From positions 224,001-288,000 of the forward strand of contig OZ219787.1 of assembly GCA_964291285.2 (NCBI GenBank): a stretch of DNA of 64,000 nt, given 5' to 3'. Within the stretch, counting starts at the first letter, position 1, and every line of letters starts with the position of its first letter. Both the position numbers and the translations under genes were made by a program. Below, piece by piece: positions 47,577 to 57,521 of the stretch. The notes beneath the pieces are model-generated. The model had not been told where the DNA came from. It ran no database searches and saw only the letters and a list, made by a program, of their open reading frames with translations. The stretch is from Alphaproteobacteria bacterium (GTDB taxonomy: Bacteria; Pseudomonadota; Alphaproteobacteria; Bin95).

Positions 47577-48529
47577 GCGGCGAGCCCGCCGAGGCCCGGC
47601 TCGCGGCTACGCTCATGCTCGGCCGCGACGGGCCGGGCGGCATCGAGGTCTTCATGGTGGTGCGCCATCACCGCATCGACTTCGCCACCGGCGCGCTGGT
47701 GTTTCCGGGCGGCAAGGTGGAGGAGGCGGACCGCGACCCCCGGCTGCGCACCCGCTGCCGGGGCGGCGAGGATCTCTCCGACGCTGCGCTCGCAATCCGC
47801 ACGGCCTGCGTGCGCGAAGCCTTCGAGGAGGCGGGCGTGCTGCTGGCCCGCGAGCGGGGCGGCGGGGAGTTTGTCGGGCCGGACCGGCTGGCGGCGCTCC
47901 GGGAACGCTGGCGGCTCGCGCTGGAGCAGGACCGTGCCGCCATGGCCGAGATGGCGGAGGCCGAGGACCTGGAATTCGCGACCGATGCGCTTATACCAAC
48001 GGTCGTTGATTGGAACCTATAGCAGAGCCTCCCTCCGCAGCTCGCCCCCTGAGCCGAGGCCTCCTACTGCAAGAGGTAATCTCCGCCGAGAGAGGCTAAT
48101 CGGTTCTTATCTGTGGCCGGTGGTATTACCCGCTTCGCCCACTGGGTCACGCCCGAGCACATGCCGAAGCGCTTCGACACGCATTTCTATCTCGCCGAAG
48201 CGCCGCCGGCGCAGATGCGCGCGGCGGCGCATGACGGGCGCGAGTCGGTCGATTCGGTCTGGATCTCCTGGGAGGCGCTCCGGCAGGGGCAGGCCGACGG
48301 CCGCTACACGGTGCTCTTCCCCACAAGGCTCAACATGGAGAAGCTCGGCCGCTCGCGCACCGTGGCCGAGGCGCGCGCGGCGGCGGCCGCGGCTGCGGTC
48401 GTACCCGTGCTGCCGCAGGTCGAGTTCGTCGAGGGCGGGCGGATCATGCGCATTCCCGAGGAGGCAGGCTACGGCCGCGCGGAGTTCCGCATCGAGGGCA
48501 AACCCGGCGGCGACGCGCGGCCCGCGTGA
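47573..48529 (+). pseudogene. NUDIX hydrolase interrupted by a MITE
   Basis: FPGG...REAFEE, then FAHWVTP...KRFDTHFY after the insertion. Confidence 0.85.
47994..48125. mobile_element. MITE, 132 bp, TTA target duplication
   Basis: TTA at 47991-47993 and 48126-48128; imperfect IR TACCAACGGTC / reverse complement TACCACCGGCC; removal restores DALTRFAHW. Confidence 0.8.
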
Positions 48530-48609
48530 ACCCTCCCGCATTCCGCAGCCGGGCGGCTTGTGGCAGAGTGGGCGCTGCGCGACCGACCGGGGCAGGGAGG
48601 GCCGGGACG

Positions 48610-48972
48610 ATGTTCGACAAGGGGCATCTGGAATTCCACAGCGTCGATCTGGACACGGGCTGGGAGGTGCCGGCGGGCTATCCGGCCGGCATCGAGCAGA
48701 AGATACTGGCCGGCGGGCTCGACGAGGCGGCGGGCAAGGGCAACCGCTCGCGTCTGCTGCGTTTCGCGCCGGGAGCCTTCACCACCGAGCCCTTCGTGCA
48801 TGACTACTGGGAGGAGGTCTATCTGCTCTCGGGCGACCTGGTGGTCGGCACGGATGAGGAGGCCGAGAGCTTCGCGCCCAACACCTATGCCTGCCGTCCG
48901 CCCGGCGCCTATCACGGGCCGTTCCGCTCCGACGGCGGCTGCATGCTGCTCGAAATCCACTATTACGCCTGA
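48610..48972 (+). CDS. cupin domain protein (ChrR-like)
   Basis: Motifs HDYWEEVYLLSG and RPPGAYHGPF. Confidence 0.85.
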   Translation: MFDKGHLEFHSVDLDTGWEVPAGYPAGIEQKILAGGLDEAAGKGNRSRLLRFAPGAFTTEPFVHDYWEEVYLLSGDLVVGTDEEAESFAPNTYACRPPGAYHGPFRSDGGCMLLEIHYYA

Positions 48973-49113
48973 GGCGGGAACATTACGCCCGGGACGGGAA
49001 CACGCCGCATTTGCGCCCCATTTGACGGTGATATTGGCATCCGGCGGCGGGGCTTTCCCGGCTCCGGCGCCATCATGTCCCCTCGGACTCCTTCCTGTGC
49101 CTCGTGGCCGGCA

Positions 49114-49145
49114 TGGACCTTCCCCGTCCATGCCGGCCGTTCTTC
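49114..49145 (+). terminator. strong hairpin (terminator or sRNA 3' end)
   Basis: GGCCGGCATGGAC-cttcccc-GTCCATGCCGGCC followed by GTTCTT; the full hairpin spans about 49106-49144. Confidence 0.45.
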
Positions 49146-49157
49146 CATGCCGCAAAG

Positions 49158-49349
49158 GCTGATTGGCACTGGCCACGCATATCCCGATATTGAAATGCCG
49201 GCATCGTTGGAAACGACCGGGTTGTGTTCAATATCGGCGGCAACAGGTACCGGCTGGTTGTGAGGTTCGACTATCGCCATGGCATCGGCTTTGTGCGGTT
49301 CGTCGGCACGCATGCCGAATACGACCGGATCGACGCAGCGAGCATATAG
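49158..49349 (+). pseudogene. higB: HigB toxin remnant (5' truncated, internal stop)
   Basis: NDRVVFNIGGNRYRLVV...FVGTHAEYDRID preceded by an in-frame TGA at 49191. Confidence 0.8.
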
Positions 49350-49358
49350 GAGGCCGAA

Positions 49359-49733
49359 ATGGACGTGAGGCCGATCAGAACCGAAACCGACTACGACGCA
49401 GCGCTGGAAGCGATTGACAGCCTTATGGGCGCCGGTCCCGGCGCGCCGGAGGCCGACAGGCTCGAAGTCCTTGTCACGCTGGTGGAAGCCTATGAAGACA
49501 GGCGCTGACCGGTTAACGCGCCCGACCCGGTTTCCATGATCGAACATGTCATGGAGGCGCGCGGCTACCGGCAAAAGGACCTCGCCGCGCTCATCGGCTC
49601 TCAACCGCGCGCATCGGAGGTGCTCAGACGCCGCCGGGCGCTGACCTTGCCGATGATCCGGCCGCTCTCTACCGGGTGGAACCTCCCGACAGAAACGTTG
49701 GGGCGCGAATACGAGCTTGCGAGCGGCCCTTAG
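49359..49733 (+). pseudogene. higA: HigA antitoxin with premature stop
   Basis: MDVRPIRTETDYDAAL...YEDRR*PVNAPDPV followed by HTH; TGA at 49506. Confidence 0.85.
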
Positions 49734-49796
49734 ACAGTCCGGCGCTGCCCGGCGGGCTTGCATCGGGCTGGCGGGGCGGCAAAGCTCGGCAGCGCC

Positions 49797-51302
49797 ATGA
49801 TTGCGCTGACCAGCTTCATCGCCTTCCATGCCCGGCGGACACCGGATCGCGAGGCGCTCGTTTACGAAGACCTCCGGCTCGGCTACGGCGCGCTCCTGGA
49901 CAACATGACCGCGATGGCCGGCAGGCTGGCGGCGCTCGGCCTCGGCCCCGGCGATGTCGTTGCCGCCTGCCTCAGGAACAGCCCCGCCTTCTACGACCTC
50001 GCCTTCGCCGCCAGCCATGTCGGCGCCGTCTTCCTGCCGCTCAACTACCGCCTCGCGGCCGACGAGATCGCCTGGATACTCGACCATGCGGGCGCCCGGC
50101 GGCTGTTCGCGGACGAGGACCTGGACGCCGCGGCCGCAGCGGCGGAGGCGGCGCGCGTTCCGTTCACCCCGCTCGCCCCGGAGACGACGCGCGACAGCCG
50201 GCGGCTGAGCGCCGGGGCGGAGGCTCCGCCCGCGGTCGAGGCGGCGCCCGACGACGTCTTCCGCCTGATGTACACCTCCGGCACCACCGACCGGCCGAAG
50301 GGCGTGCAGCACAGCTACGCGAACTTCTACTGGAAGTGCCTCGACCAGACGGCGGCGCTCGGCGGCGTCCCCGACGACCGGTTGCTGGTGGTCGGACCGC
50401 TCTACCATGTCGGCGGTTTCGACCTGCCGGGGATCGATGTCTGGCGCCGGGGCGGCTGCATCGTCCCGCACCGCGAGGCCCGCCCGCGCGCCATCCTGGA
50501 GGCAATCGAAGCCGAGCGCGTCACCGGCGCCTGGCTCGCGCCGACGGTCACCAACGGCGTGCTCGCCGACCCGGAGCTCGGCCGCTTCGACACCGGCGCG
50601 TTGCGATGGGTGATCGGCGGCGGCGAGCGCACGCCGGAGACCCGCATCCGGGCGTTCGCCGCCGCCTTTCCGCGCGCCCGCTATATCGACGCCTACGGCC
50701 TGACGGAGAGCGTGGGCGGCGACACGCTGATGGAGGCGGGGCGCGAGCTGGAAAAGATCGGCTCGGTCGGCCGCGCGATCGCCCATGTCGAGGTCTCGGT
50801 GCGCGACGAGGCGGGCCGCGCGCTCGCGCCGGGCGAAGAAGGCGAAATCTGCCTGAGGGGCCCGAAGATCACGCGCGGCTACTGGCGCGACCCGGAGCGC
50901 ACGGCCGAGGCGTTTTTCGGCGATCGGCTGAGAACCGGCGATGTCGGCTATCTGGACGAGGAGGGCTTCCTCTACCTCACCGACCGGCGCAAGGACATGA
51001 TCCTCTCCGGCGGCGAGAACATCGCCTCCTCGGAGATCGAGCGGGTGCTCTACGAGCATGACGCCGTGCATGAGGCGGCGGCCATCGGCCTGGCGGACGA
51101 GCGCTGGGGCGAGCGCCCGGTCGCGGTCGTCGCGCTGCGCCCCGGCGCGTCACTGACCCTTGAGGAGCTTCAGCGCCACTGCCGCGCCCGGCTCGCCGGC
51201 TTCAAGGTGCCGAAGGAACTCCACCTCCGCCCCGACCTGCCCCGCAACCCCTCCGGCAAGGTCCTGAAACGCCTCTTGCGCGAGGAGCTGGGTCGCGGTT
51301 AG
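49797..51302 (+). CDS. AMP-binding acyl-CoA synthetase
   Basis: Motifs YTSGTTDRPKG, YGLTE, RTGDVG and PSGK. Confidence 0.92.
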   Translation: MIALTSFIAFHARRTPDREALVYEDLRLGYGALLDNMTAMAGRLAALGLGPGDVVAACLRNSPAFYDLAFAASHVGAVFLPLNYRLAADEIAWILDHAGARRLFADEDLDAAAAAAEAARVPFTPLAPETTRDSRRLSAGAEAPPAVEAAPDDVFRLMYTSGTTDRPKGVQHSYANFYWKCLDQTAALGGVPDDRLLVVGPLYHVGGFDLPGIDVWRRGGCIVPHREARPRAILEAIEAERVTGAWLAPTVTNGVLADPELGRFDTGALRWVIGGGERTPETRIRAFAAAFPRARYIDAYGLTESVGGDTLMEAGRELEKIGSVGRAIAHVEVSVRDEAGRALAPGEEGEICLRGPKITRGYWRDPERTAEAFFGDRLRTGDVGYLDEEGFLYLTDRRKDMILSGGENIASSEIERVLYEHDAVHEAAAIGLADERWGERPVAVVALRPGASLTLEELQRHCRARLAGFKVPKELHLRPDLPRNPSGKVLKRLLREELGRG

Positions 51303-51330
51303 GGTAGAAAGGAGAATCGGTATTCTACCC
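51302..51330. promoter_or_regulatory. palindromic operator upstream of vapBC
   Basis: GGGTAGAA-N13-TTCTACCC. Confidence 0.6.
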
Positions 51331-51341
51331 AGGCGGTTGCG

Positions 51342-51599
51342 ATGAGCCTCAACATCAAGAACGAGGAGACCTGCCGGCTCGCCGCCGAGCTGGCCCGCCT
51401 CACCGGCGAGACCAAGACCGGCGCGATCACCGCGGCGCTGCAGGAGCGGCTGGAGCGGGAAAGGCGGACGCGCGACATCGAGGACCGGCGCCGGGATCTG
51501 CGCGCCGCAGCGGAGCGCTGTGCGAAGCTGATGGGTCCCGGTCCTTCGGCAGTCGAGCATGGCGATTTCCTCTATGACGAGCGGGGACTGCCAAGGTGA
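51342..51599 (+). CDS. vapB: VapB antitoxin
   Basis: MSLNIKNEE...LARLTGETKTGAI...LYDERGLP. Confidence 0.9.
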   Translation: MSLNIKNEETCRLAAELARLTGETKTGAITAALQERLERERRTRDIEDRRRDLRAAAERCAKLMGPGPSAVEHGDFLYDERGLPR

Positions 51600-51982
51600 T
51601 CGTCGATAGTTCGGCCCTGATTGCGGTCGTGAACCGCGAGAGCGATGCCGAGCGCTATGAGGAGGCGATGCTCACTGCCCCTGACTGCCGCATGTCGGTC
51701 GCCAACATCCTTGAGACAGCCATGGTGGTGGAGGGCCGCGGCGGCGCGGCGGCCGGGCATGAACTCGATATTGTTCTGGCGTGCGCCGGGATCGAGCCCG
51801 TGCCGGTGACGGTGGAGCAGATGGAAGCCGCACGGCAGGCCTGGCGCCGCTTCGGCAGGGGCAACCATCCGGCGGCGCTGAATTTCGGCGATTGCCTCGC
51901 CTATGCGCTTGCGAGCGTTACGGGCGAGCCGCTGCTGTTCAAGGGCGGCGACTTCCCGCAGACCAACATCCGGGCCGCATAG
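51596..51982 (+). CDS. vapC: VapC PIN-domain toxin
   Basis: MIVDSSAL...HPAALNFGDCLAYA...LLFKG. Confidence 0.92.
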   Translation: MIVDSSALIAVVNRESDAERYEEAMLTAPDCRMSVANILETAMVVEGRGGAAAGHELDIVLACAGIEPVPVTVEQMEAARQAWRRFGRGNHPAALNFGDCLAYALASVTGEPLLFKGGDFPQTNIRAA

Positions 51983-51985
51983 GAC

Positions 51986-52696
51986 TTACCAGCTTTCGCC
52001 GAAGGGGCGGAGCTCGACGCGGAAGGACCAGGCGGAACGGTCCTGGTGGGCGACGCGGTACATCTCCTCGGCGATGGCCACGGGCCTGGCGAAGAACTCG
52101 TCCGGCGCATCCGGCGCGATGAAGGGCCGCGTGCGCGGCGTGTCGATGGCGGCGTCGATGATGAAATAGGCGACATGGATGCCCTGCGGCCCGAACTCGC
52201 GCGCGATGGACTCCGCCAGGATTCGCTGCGCCGCCTTGGTGGAGGCAAAGAAGCCCCAATGCGCCTTGCCGCGCGTGGCCGAGGTGTTGCCGGTGACGAG
52301 CAGCGCGCCGCCGCCGGCGTCCAGCATGCCCGGAATCGTCTCGCGGGCGAGGTGCAGCAGCGCTGTCGCATTCACGCGGAAATTGCGTTCGAGCTCCTCC
52401 GGGTCCTGCTCCAGGAAGGGCCCGCGCGTGCTCCTGAGCGCGTTGTGCACGACGACCGTCGGCGGGCCCAATTGCCCGCGCACGGCCGCGATGGTTGCCT
52501 TGAGCGCGTCGAGATCGCCGACATCGCAGGGGAAGGCGGTGGCGTTCTCGATATCGGCTTCGAGCGCGGCCAGCCGCTCCGTGTCGCGGGCGAGCATCGC
52601 GGTCAGATAGCCGCCGTCGGCGAAGCGACGGGCGATTTCGGCGCCGGTGCCCCCGTCGGGGCCGACGCCGGTGACGAGCGCAACCGGCCGGCTCAT
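51986..52696 (-). CDS. SDR oxidoreductase
   Basis: Motifs ALVTGVG, FASTKAAQR and GPQGIHV. Confidence 0.85.
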   Translation of the reverse strand: MSRPVALVTGVGPDGGTGAEIARRFADGGYLTAMLARDTERLAALEADIENATAFPCDVGDLDALKATIAAVRGQLGPPTVVVHNALRSTRGPFLEQDPEELERNFRVNATALLHLARETIPGMLDAGGGALLVTGNTSATRGKAHWGFFASTKAAQRILAESIAREFGPQGIHVAYFIIDAAIDTPRTRPFIAPDAPDEFFARPVAIAEEMYRVAHQDRSAWSFRVELRPFGESW

Positions 52697-53487
52697 GCGC
52701 TTTTCCTCTCTTCGGCCGGCGTTTCGAGCACATAGCTGCCGCCGAGGTCCGCGGCGAAGGCGGGCAGGCGGCGCAAGCGGTCGAAATGGGCATGCGCATG
52801 AGCGTGGTCGCCGGGGCGGTAGATGGGCTCCAGGCCGCAATCCGCCAGCCGGTCGGCCATGCGCTCCTCGCGGCGGAATTGCGCGAAGTCGCAGACGAAG
52901 GCGATGTCGGCGATGGAGAACGGCCCCGCCAGCCCCTCGCCGCCGAGCCTCGCGGCATTGTCGATTCCGTCCATGTAGAAGGCATAGGCCTCGCGCATGC
53001 GGTCCGAGAGTTCCCGCGACGCCTCGCGGGCCGCGAGCGCCAGCAGATAGGCCTGCGCCTCGCGTGCGAAGACCAGCCCGGCATCGAGGAAGCTGTCGAT
53101 CCGCGCGGCTTCGTAAGGCCCGTCGCCGTAAAGCCCGCCCGCCGCGCGCGCAACGGCGCGCAGGATGCTGTTCGATTCGAACACGCCGGTCGCGCCCTCC
53201 GGGTCGAAGGCCGCCGGCACGGTGCCGAAGGGGTGGGCGGCGAGGAAGGCATCGGTCTTGTAGAGCATGGCGGCGCTGAAGCCGCGCTTGCTCGCGCGCG
53301 CATGCGGGTTGTCCGGCGTCTTCTCTGCCTCCTCGAGCGGCCTCGCGTCGAAGTCCCAGAGCCAGCCCGGCAGCGCCTTCGGGCGGTCGCCCACGACTTC
53401 GACCTCGACGCCGAGCAGCCGCGCGGCGATCGTCGCCTTCCAGACGCGCGGATTGGGCAGGTAGGAGAAAATCCTGAGCACCGCCAT
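52693..53487 (-). CDS. glutathione S-transferase family protein (EF1Bgamma-like)
   Basis: Motifs PNPRVWKA, PFGTVP, FESNSILR and SIADI. Confidence 0.8.
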   Translation of the reverse strand: MAVLRIFSYLPNPRVWKATIAARLLGVEVEVVGDRPKALPGWLWDFDARPLEEAEKTPDNPHARASKRGFSAAMLYKTDAFLAAHPFGTVPAAFDPEGATGVFESNSILRAVARAAGGLYGDGPYEAARIDSFLDAGLVFAREAQAYLLALAAREASRELSDRMREAYAFYMDGIDNAARLGGEGLAGPFSIADIAFVCDFAQFRREERMADRLADCGLEPIYRPGDHAHAHAHFDRLRRLPAFAADLGGSYVLETPAEERKSA

Positions 53488-53621
53488 GGCGGACGCCCCC
53501 TTCGCCTCGGGTTTCCGGAACCGCCCGCACTCTGCCACGAAAGCCGCCGGCCCCGCCAGCCGCTTGGCCGGTCCCGGCGCCGGCGCTACTCTCGCGGCAG
53601 GCAGGAAGGGAGGCTTCTTCC

Positions 53622-54524
53622 ATGCGCGCGACCCGGCGGACGGTCCTGGCCGGCGCAGGCGCGGCACTGGCGGCGCCGGCCCTCGGCGCAGCGGCCGGCG
53701 GCGCCCTCTCGAAGCCCGTTCCGGCGACCGGGGAGCTTGTGCCGGCCGTCGGGCTCGGAAGCTGGATCACCTTCAATGTCGGCAAGGACCCGCAGCTGCG
53801 CGCCGAATGCCGCGACGTGATGGCGGCCTTTTTCGAGGCGGGCGGCGGCATGATCGATTCCTCGCCCATGTACGGGTCCTCGCAAGAGGTCATCGGCGAT
53901 GCGTTCGCGAAGCTCGGGCGTCCGGCGGGCCTCTTCTCGGCCGACAAGGTCTGGACCCGCGCGGCGGATGCGCGCGCGCAGATCGGGGAGACGGCCCGGC
54001 GCTGGCGCGTGGAGCGCTTCGACCTGCTCCAGGTCCACAACCTGGTCGACTGGGAGCGGAACCTCGACATTCTGGAGGCGATGAAGGAGGCCGGCGCGCT
54101 CCGCTATACCGGCGTCACCACCTCGCACGGCCGCCGGCACGCCGAGCTGGAGGAGGTCATGCAGCGCCGCCCGCCCGACTTCGTCCAGCTCACCTACAAT
54201 ATCGTGGACCGGGAGGCGGAACGCCGCCTGCTGCCGCTGGCGCGGGAGCGGGGCATCGCGGTCATCTGCAACCGGCCCTTCCAGCGCGGCCGTCTGCCGG
54301 ACCGGCTCGAGGGCCGGCGCATGCCCGGCTGGGCCGGGGAGATCGGCGTCTCCACCTGGCCGCAATTCCTGCTCAAATTCATCCTCTCCCATCCCGCCGT
54401 CACCGCCGCCATTCCGGCGACCCGGCGGGTGGACCATGTGCGCGAGAACAAGTCCTCCGCCTTCGGCCCCATGCCGGATGCGGCCCTGCGCCGGCGCATG
54501 GCGGCGCATATGCGCGACCTCTAA
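53622..54524 (+). CDS. aldo/keto reductase with Tat-like leader
   Basis: Motifs TRRTVL, IDSSPMYG and DLLQVHNL. Confidence 0.88.
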   Translation: MRATRRTVLAGAGAALAAPALGAAAGGALSKPVPATGELVPAVGLGSWITFNVGKDPQLRAECRDVMAAFFEAGGGMIDSSPMYGSSQEVIGDAFAKLGRPAGLFSADKVWTRAADARAQIGETARRWRVERFDLLQVHNLVDWERNLDILEAMKEAGALRYTGVTTSHGRRHAELEEVMQRRPPDFVQLTYNIVDREAERRLLPLARERGIAVICNRPFQRGRLPDRLEGRRMPGWAGEIGVSTWPQFLLKFILSHPAVTAAIPATRRVDHVRENKSSAFGPMPDAALRRRMAAHMRDL

Positions 54525-54533
54525 CGCGCCGTC

Positions 54534-55187
54534 ATGGACGGGTTCCGGGCGCTGGCGGACCTGCTGCCGTTCGAGCCGCGCGTCTATTGGCGGCTCTTCC
54601 GGCTGGAAAACGAGGCGCTCTGGCCGGTCCAGCCGCTGCTGCTGGCGGCGGGCGCGGCGCTCCTCTACGGCCTGCTCAGGGGCCGGCGGCTCTCCGGGCG
54701 CTGGCTCGGCCCCGCGCTCGGCGCGGCCTGGCTCTGGACCGGCTGGCAGTTCGTGGCGCTCGGCTACGGGGCGATAAACTGGGCCGCGCCCCGGTTCGCC
54801 TGGGGCTTCTATGCGGAAGCCGCGCTTCTGGCGGCGCTCGGCCTCTCCGGCCGGCTCGCCTTCTCCCGGCGGGGACCGGGCGCCGGGGCGGGCATCGGCC
54901 TGCTGGCGGCGGCGCTGTTCGCCTGGCCGCTGCTGGCGCTGCTGGACGGGCGGTCCTGGCGCGAGGCGGAGGTCGCCGCCATCCACCCCGACCCGACGGC
55001 CATCGCCACGCTCGGCCTCGTCGCGCTCGCCCCGCGCAGCGTCTGGACGGCGCTCGTCTGCCTCCCGCCCGCGCTCTGGCTCGCCCTCTCGGCGCTTACC
55101 CTGCTGGCGATGGGCGCCTGGCAGGCCTGGGCGGTGCTCGCGGCGCTCGCCGCCGGCCTCGCCGCACAAAGCTCCCGGTTGCGGTAA
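54534..55187 (+). CDS. membrane protein (DUF6064-like)
   Basis: Multiple TM segments, INWAA, PDPTAIATLG; follows the AKR gene. Confidence 0.65.
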   Translation: MDGFRALADLLPFEPRVYWRLFRLENEALWPVQPLLLAAGAALLYGLLRGRRLSGRWLGPALGAAWLWTGWQFVALGYGAINWAAPRFAWGFYAEAALLAALGLSGRLAFSRRGPGAGAGIGLLAAALFAWPLLALLDGRSWREAEVAAIHPDPTAIATLGLVALAPRSVWTALVCLPPALWLALSALTLLAMGAWQAWAVLAALAAGLAAQSSRLR

Positions 55188-55194
55188 GGCCAAT

Positions 55195-55848
55195 CTATGA
55201 CGGGGCGGTGCGGTAGATGTGCCAATGCAGGATGGCAGCGGCGCTCCGGTGGGGCGACCAGATTTCCGTGAGGCGGGCCGCCTCGGCGGGCGTCGGCCGG
55301 GCGTCGAGGCCGAGTGTCTTCTGCAGCGCGGCTGAGAGCGCAAGGTCGCCGGCGGGCCAGATGTCGGGGCGGCCTGCCGCGAACAGTAGCCAGACTTCCG
55401 CCGTCCAGCGCCCGACGCCCCTGAGCGCCGAGAGTGCGGCGATGGCCTCCTCGTCCGGCATCCGCTGGATGCGCCGGAGCGAGACCCGCCGGGACGCAAG
55501 CTCGCCGGCGATGGAGAGCGCATAGCCCGCCTTGGGCCGCGAGAGCCCGACGGCGCGAAGCCCCTCCGGCCCGAGCGCCAGCACCGCCCGGGGCGTAACC
55601 CTGCCGCCCGCAGCCTCCTCCAGCCGCCCCCAGATCGCCCGCGCCGAGGCGGCCGAGACCTGCTGCGCCGCAATCGCCCTCAGCAGCGCCGCAAAGCCCG
55701 CCCCCCGAAGCGCCATCGGCGGCGCCCCGACCTCCACCAGCGCCGCCCGGATACGCACATCCCGCCCCGCCAGCACCGCCAGCCCGTCCCGCCACCGCCC
55801 TACGGCCCCCCGCCGTGGCGGGAGAAGAGGAGTGTCGTTTTCGGGCAT
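55195..55848 (-). CDS. DNA-3-methyladenine glycosylase II family (AlkA-like)
   Basis: QQVS, HhH motif LRGVGRWTAE, PAGD. Confidence 0.88.
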   Translation of the reverse strand: MPENDTPLLPPRRGAVGRWRDGLAVLAGRDVRIRAALVEVGAPPMALRGAGFAALLRAIAAQQVSAASARAIWGRLEEAAGGRVTPRAVLALGPEGLRAVGLSRPKAGYALSIAGELASRRVSLRRIQRMPDEEAIAALSALRGVGRWTAEVWLLFAAGRPDIWPAGDLALSAALQKTLGLDARPTPAEAARLTEIWSPHRSAAAILHWHIYRTAPS

Positions 55849-55923
55849 GCGCTGTTCCCGATGCTGCGCTTCGGACGGTTGCGGCATACACTACCGCACG
55901 GCATGGCGAATTGGGGGATGCAG

Positions 55924-56778
55924 ATGACCGGGGAGCTCGAAGGCAGGACTGCCGTCGTCACCGGGGCGGCCGGGGGGATCGGGCGCGAGTTCGTGCGCGG
56001 CCTGCTGGGCGCGGGCGCGAGGGTGGCGGCGCTCGATATCGACGGGGAGCGGCTTGGCGAGCTTGCGGCGGGGCACGGGGAGGCCGTCTCCGCCGGCCGG
56101 TTGGTCACCCTGCCTGCGGACATCGCGCGCTGCGCCGAATGCGAGGCGGCGGTCGGCCGGGTGCGGGAACGGCTGGGCGGGCCGGATATCCTCGTCAATA
56201 ACGGCGCGGTCGGCATGGGCGTCATCCGGGCGGACCACATGACGAACCTGGTTGAAATCCACGAGATAGACCCGGAGGTCTGGGACCGGTTCGTCGCGGT
56301 GAACTTCTCCGGGGCGTGGTACATGACCCGCGCCGCGGTCGGGGGGATGCTCGACCGGGGATGGGGGCGCATTATCAATGTCACCACCAGCTTCTTCACC
56401 ATGCTGCGCGGGCGGTTCCATCCCTACGGTCCCGTGAAAGCCGGCTTCGAGGCGATGTCCGCCGGCCATGCCGCGGAGTTCGGCGGCAGGGGGGTGACGG
56501 TGAATGTCGTCGTGCCCGGCGGCCCGACGGACACGTCCATGGTGCCCGAGGAGTCCGGCCTCGACCGTGCGGCGCTGGTCCGGCCCTCGGCCATGGTGCC
56601 GCCGGTGCTCTGGCTCTGCTCCGAAGAGGGCAGCGCCTGGAACGGGCACCGCTATGTCGCGGGAAACTGGGACGCGGCGCTCGACCCGGCCGCAGCGGCG
56701 GAGGGCTGCCGCGCGCCCATCGGCTGGCCGGACCTTGCCGGGAGCCCGGTATGGCCCGGAGGCAAGCCGCCGGTTTGA
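55924..56778 (+). CDS. SDR oxidoreductase
   Basis: Motifs TGAAGGIG, VNNG and YGPVK. Confidence 0.85.
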   Translation: MTGELEGRTAVVTGAAGGIGREFVRGLLGAGARVAALDIDGERLGELAAGHGEAVSAGRLVTLPADIARCAECEAAVGRVRERLGGPDILVNNGAVGMGVIRADHMTNLVEIHEIDPEVWDRFVAVNFSGAWYMTRAAVGGMLDRGWGRIINVTTSFFTMLRGRFHPYGPVKAGFEAMSAGHAAEFGGRGVTVNVVVPGGPTDTSMVPEESGLDRAALVRPSAMVPPVLWLCSEEGSAWNGHRYVAGNWDAALDPAAAAEGCRAPIGWPDLAGSPVWPGGKPPV

Positions 56779-56802
56779 CAATGGGCCCGGCGGCGCTATA
56801 AC
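56775..56802 (+). promoter_or_regulatory. sigma70 promoter of rpsD
   Basis: TTGACA-N16-TATAAC. Confidence 0.65.
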
Positions 56803-56904
56803 CCGCGCCATTCCCGAGAACGCGGGCGGCTCCGCCCCGTCCCGGCTTCTGCGCCGGGACCTATCGGGACAACAACAAACGCGAAAGCGAGCGGCAAAAA
56901 GGCC

Positions 56905-57519
56905 ATGGCAAAACGCGAAAGCGCAAAACACAAGATAGACCGGCGCCTCGGCGTCAATCTCTGGGGGCGGCCCAAGAGCCCCTACAACCGCCGGGAATAC
57001 GGGCCGGGCCAGCACGGGCAGCGACGGCGCAAGCCCACCGATTTCGGCCTCCAGTTGCGCGCCAAGCAGCAGCTCAAGGGCCATTACGGCGACATTTCCG
57101 AGAAGCAGTTCCGCCGCCTCTACCATGAGGCCGTGCGCCGGCGGGGCGACACCGGCGAGAACCTGATCGAGCTGCTGGAGCGCCGGCTGGACGCCGTCGT
57201 TTACCGGATGAAGTTCGTGCCGACGATCTTCGCCGCGCGCCAGTTCGTGAACCACGGCCATGTCCGGGTGAACGGGCGGCGGCTCAACATCCCCTCCTAC
57301 CGGGTCCGCGACGGCGACGTGATCGAGGTGAAGCAGAAATCCCGCACCATGGCGCTGGTGCTGGAGGCCATCGAATCGCCGGAACGCGACGTGCCGGACT
57401 ATCTCTCGGTCGATTTCAACGAGCTGAAAGGCACCTTCCAGCGCGGCCCCGGCCTCGCCGACGTGCCCTTCGCCGTGAGCATGGAGCCGCATCTGGTGGT
57501 GGAGTTCTACTCCCGGTAA
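56905..57519 (+). CDS. rpsD: 30S ribosomal protein S4
   Basis: Motifs [18 protein letters not shown] and VVEFYSR. Confidence 0.98.
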   Translation: MAKRESAKHKIDRRLGVNLWGRPKSPYNRREYGPGQHGQRRRKPTDFGLQLRAKQQLKGHYGDISEKQFRRLYHEAVRRRGDTGENLIELLERRLDAVVYRMKFVPTIFAARQFVNHGHVRVNGRRLNIPSYRVRDGDVIEVKQKSRTMALVLEAIESPERDVPDYLSVDFNELKGTFQRGPGLADVPFAVSMEPHLVVEFYSR

Positions 57520-57521
57520 CG

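Noticed and set aside
49163-49180. sigma54-like TGGCAC-N-GC site
   Set aside because: It lacks the TTGC element and lies inside the higB remnant.
49191-49508. In-frame TGA codons in higB/higA as evidence of UGA recoding
   Set aside because: Many normal genes here end in TGA and higB is also 5' truncated, so pseudogenisation is simpler.
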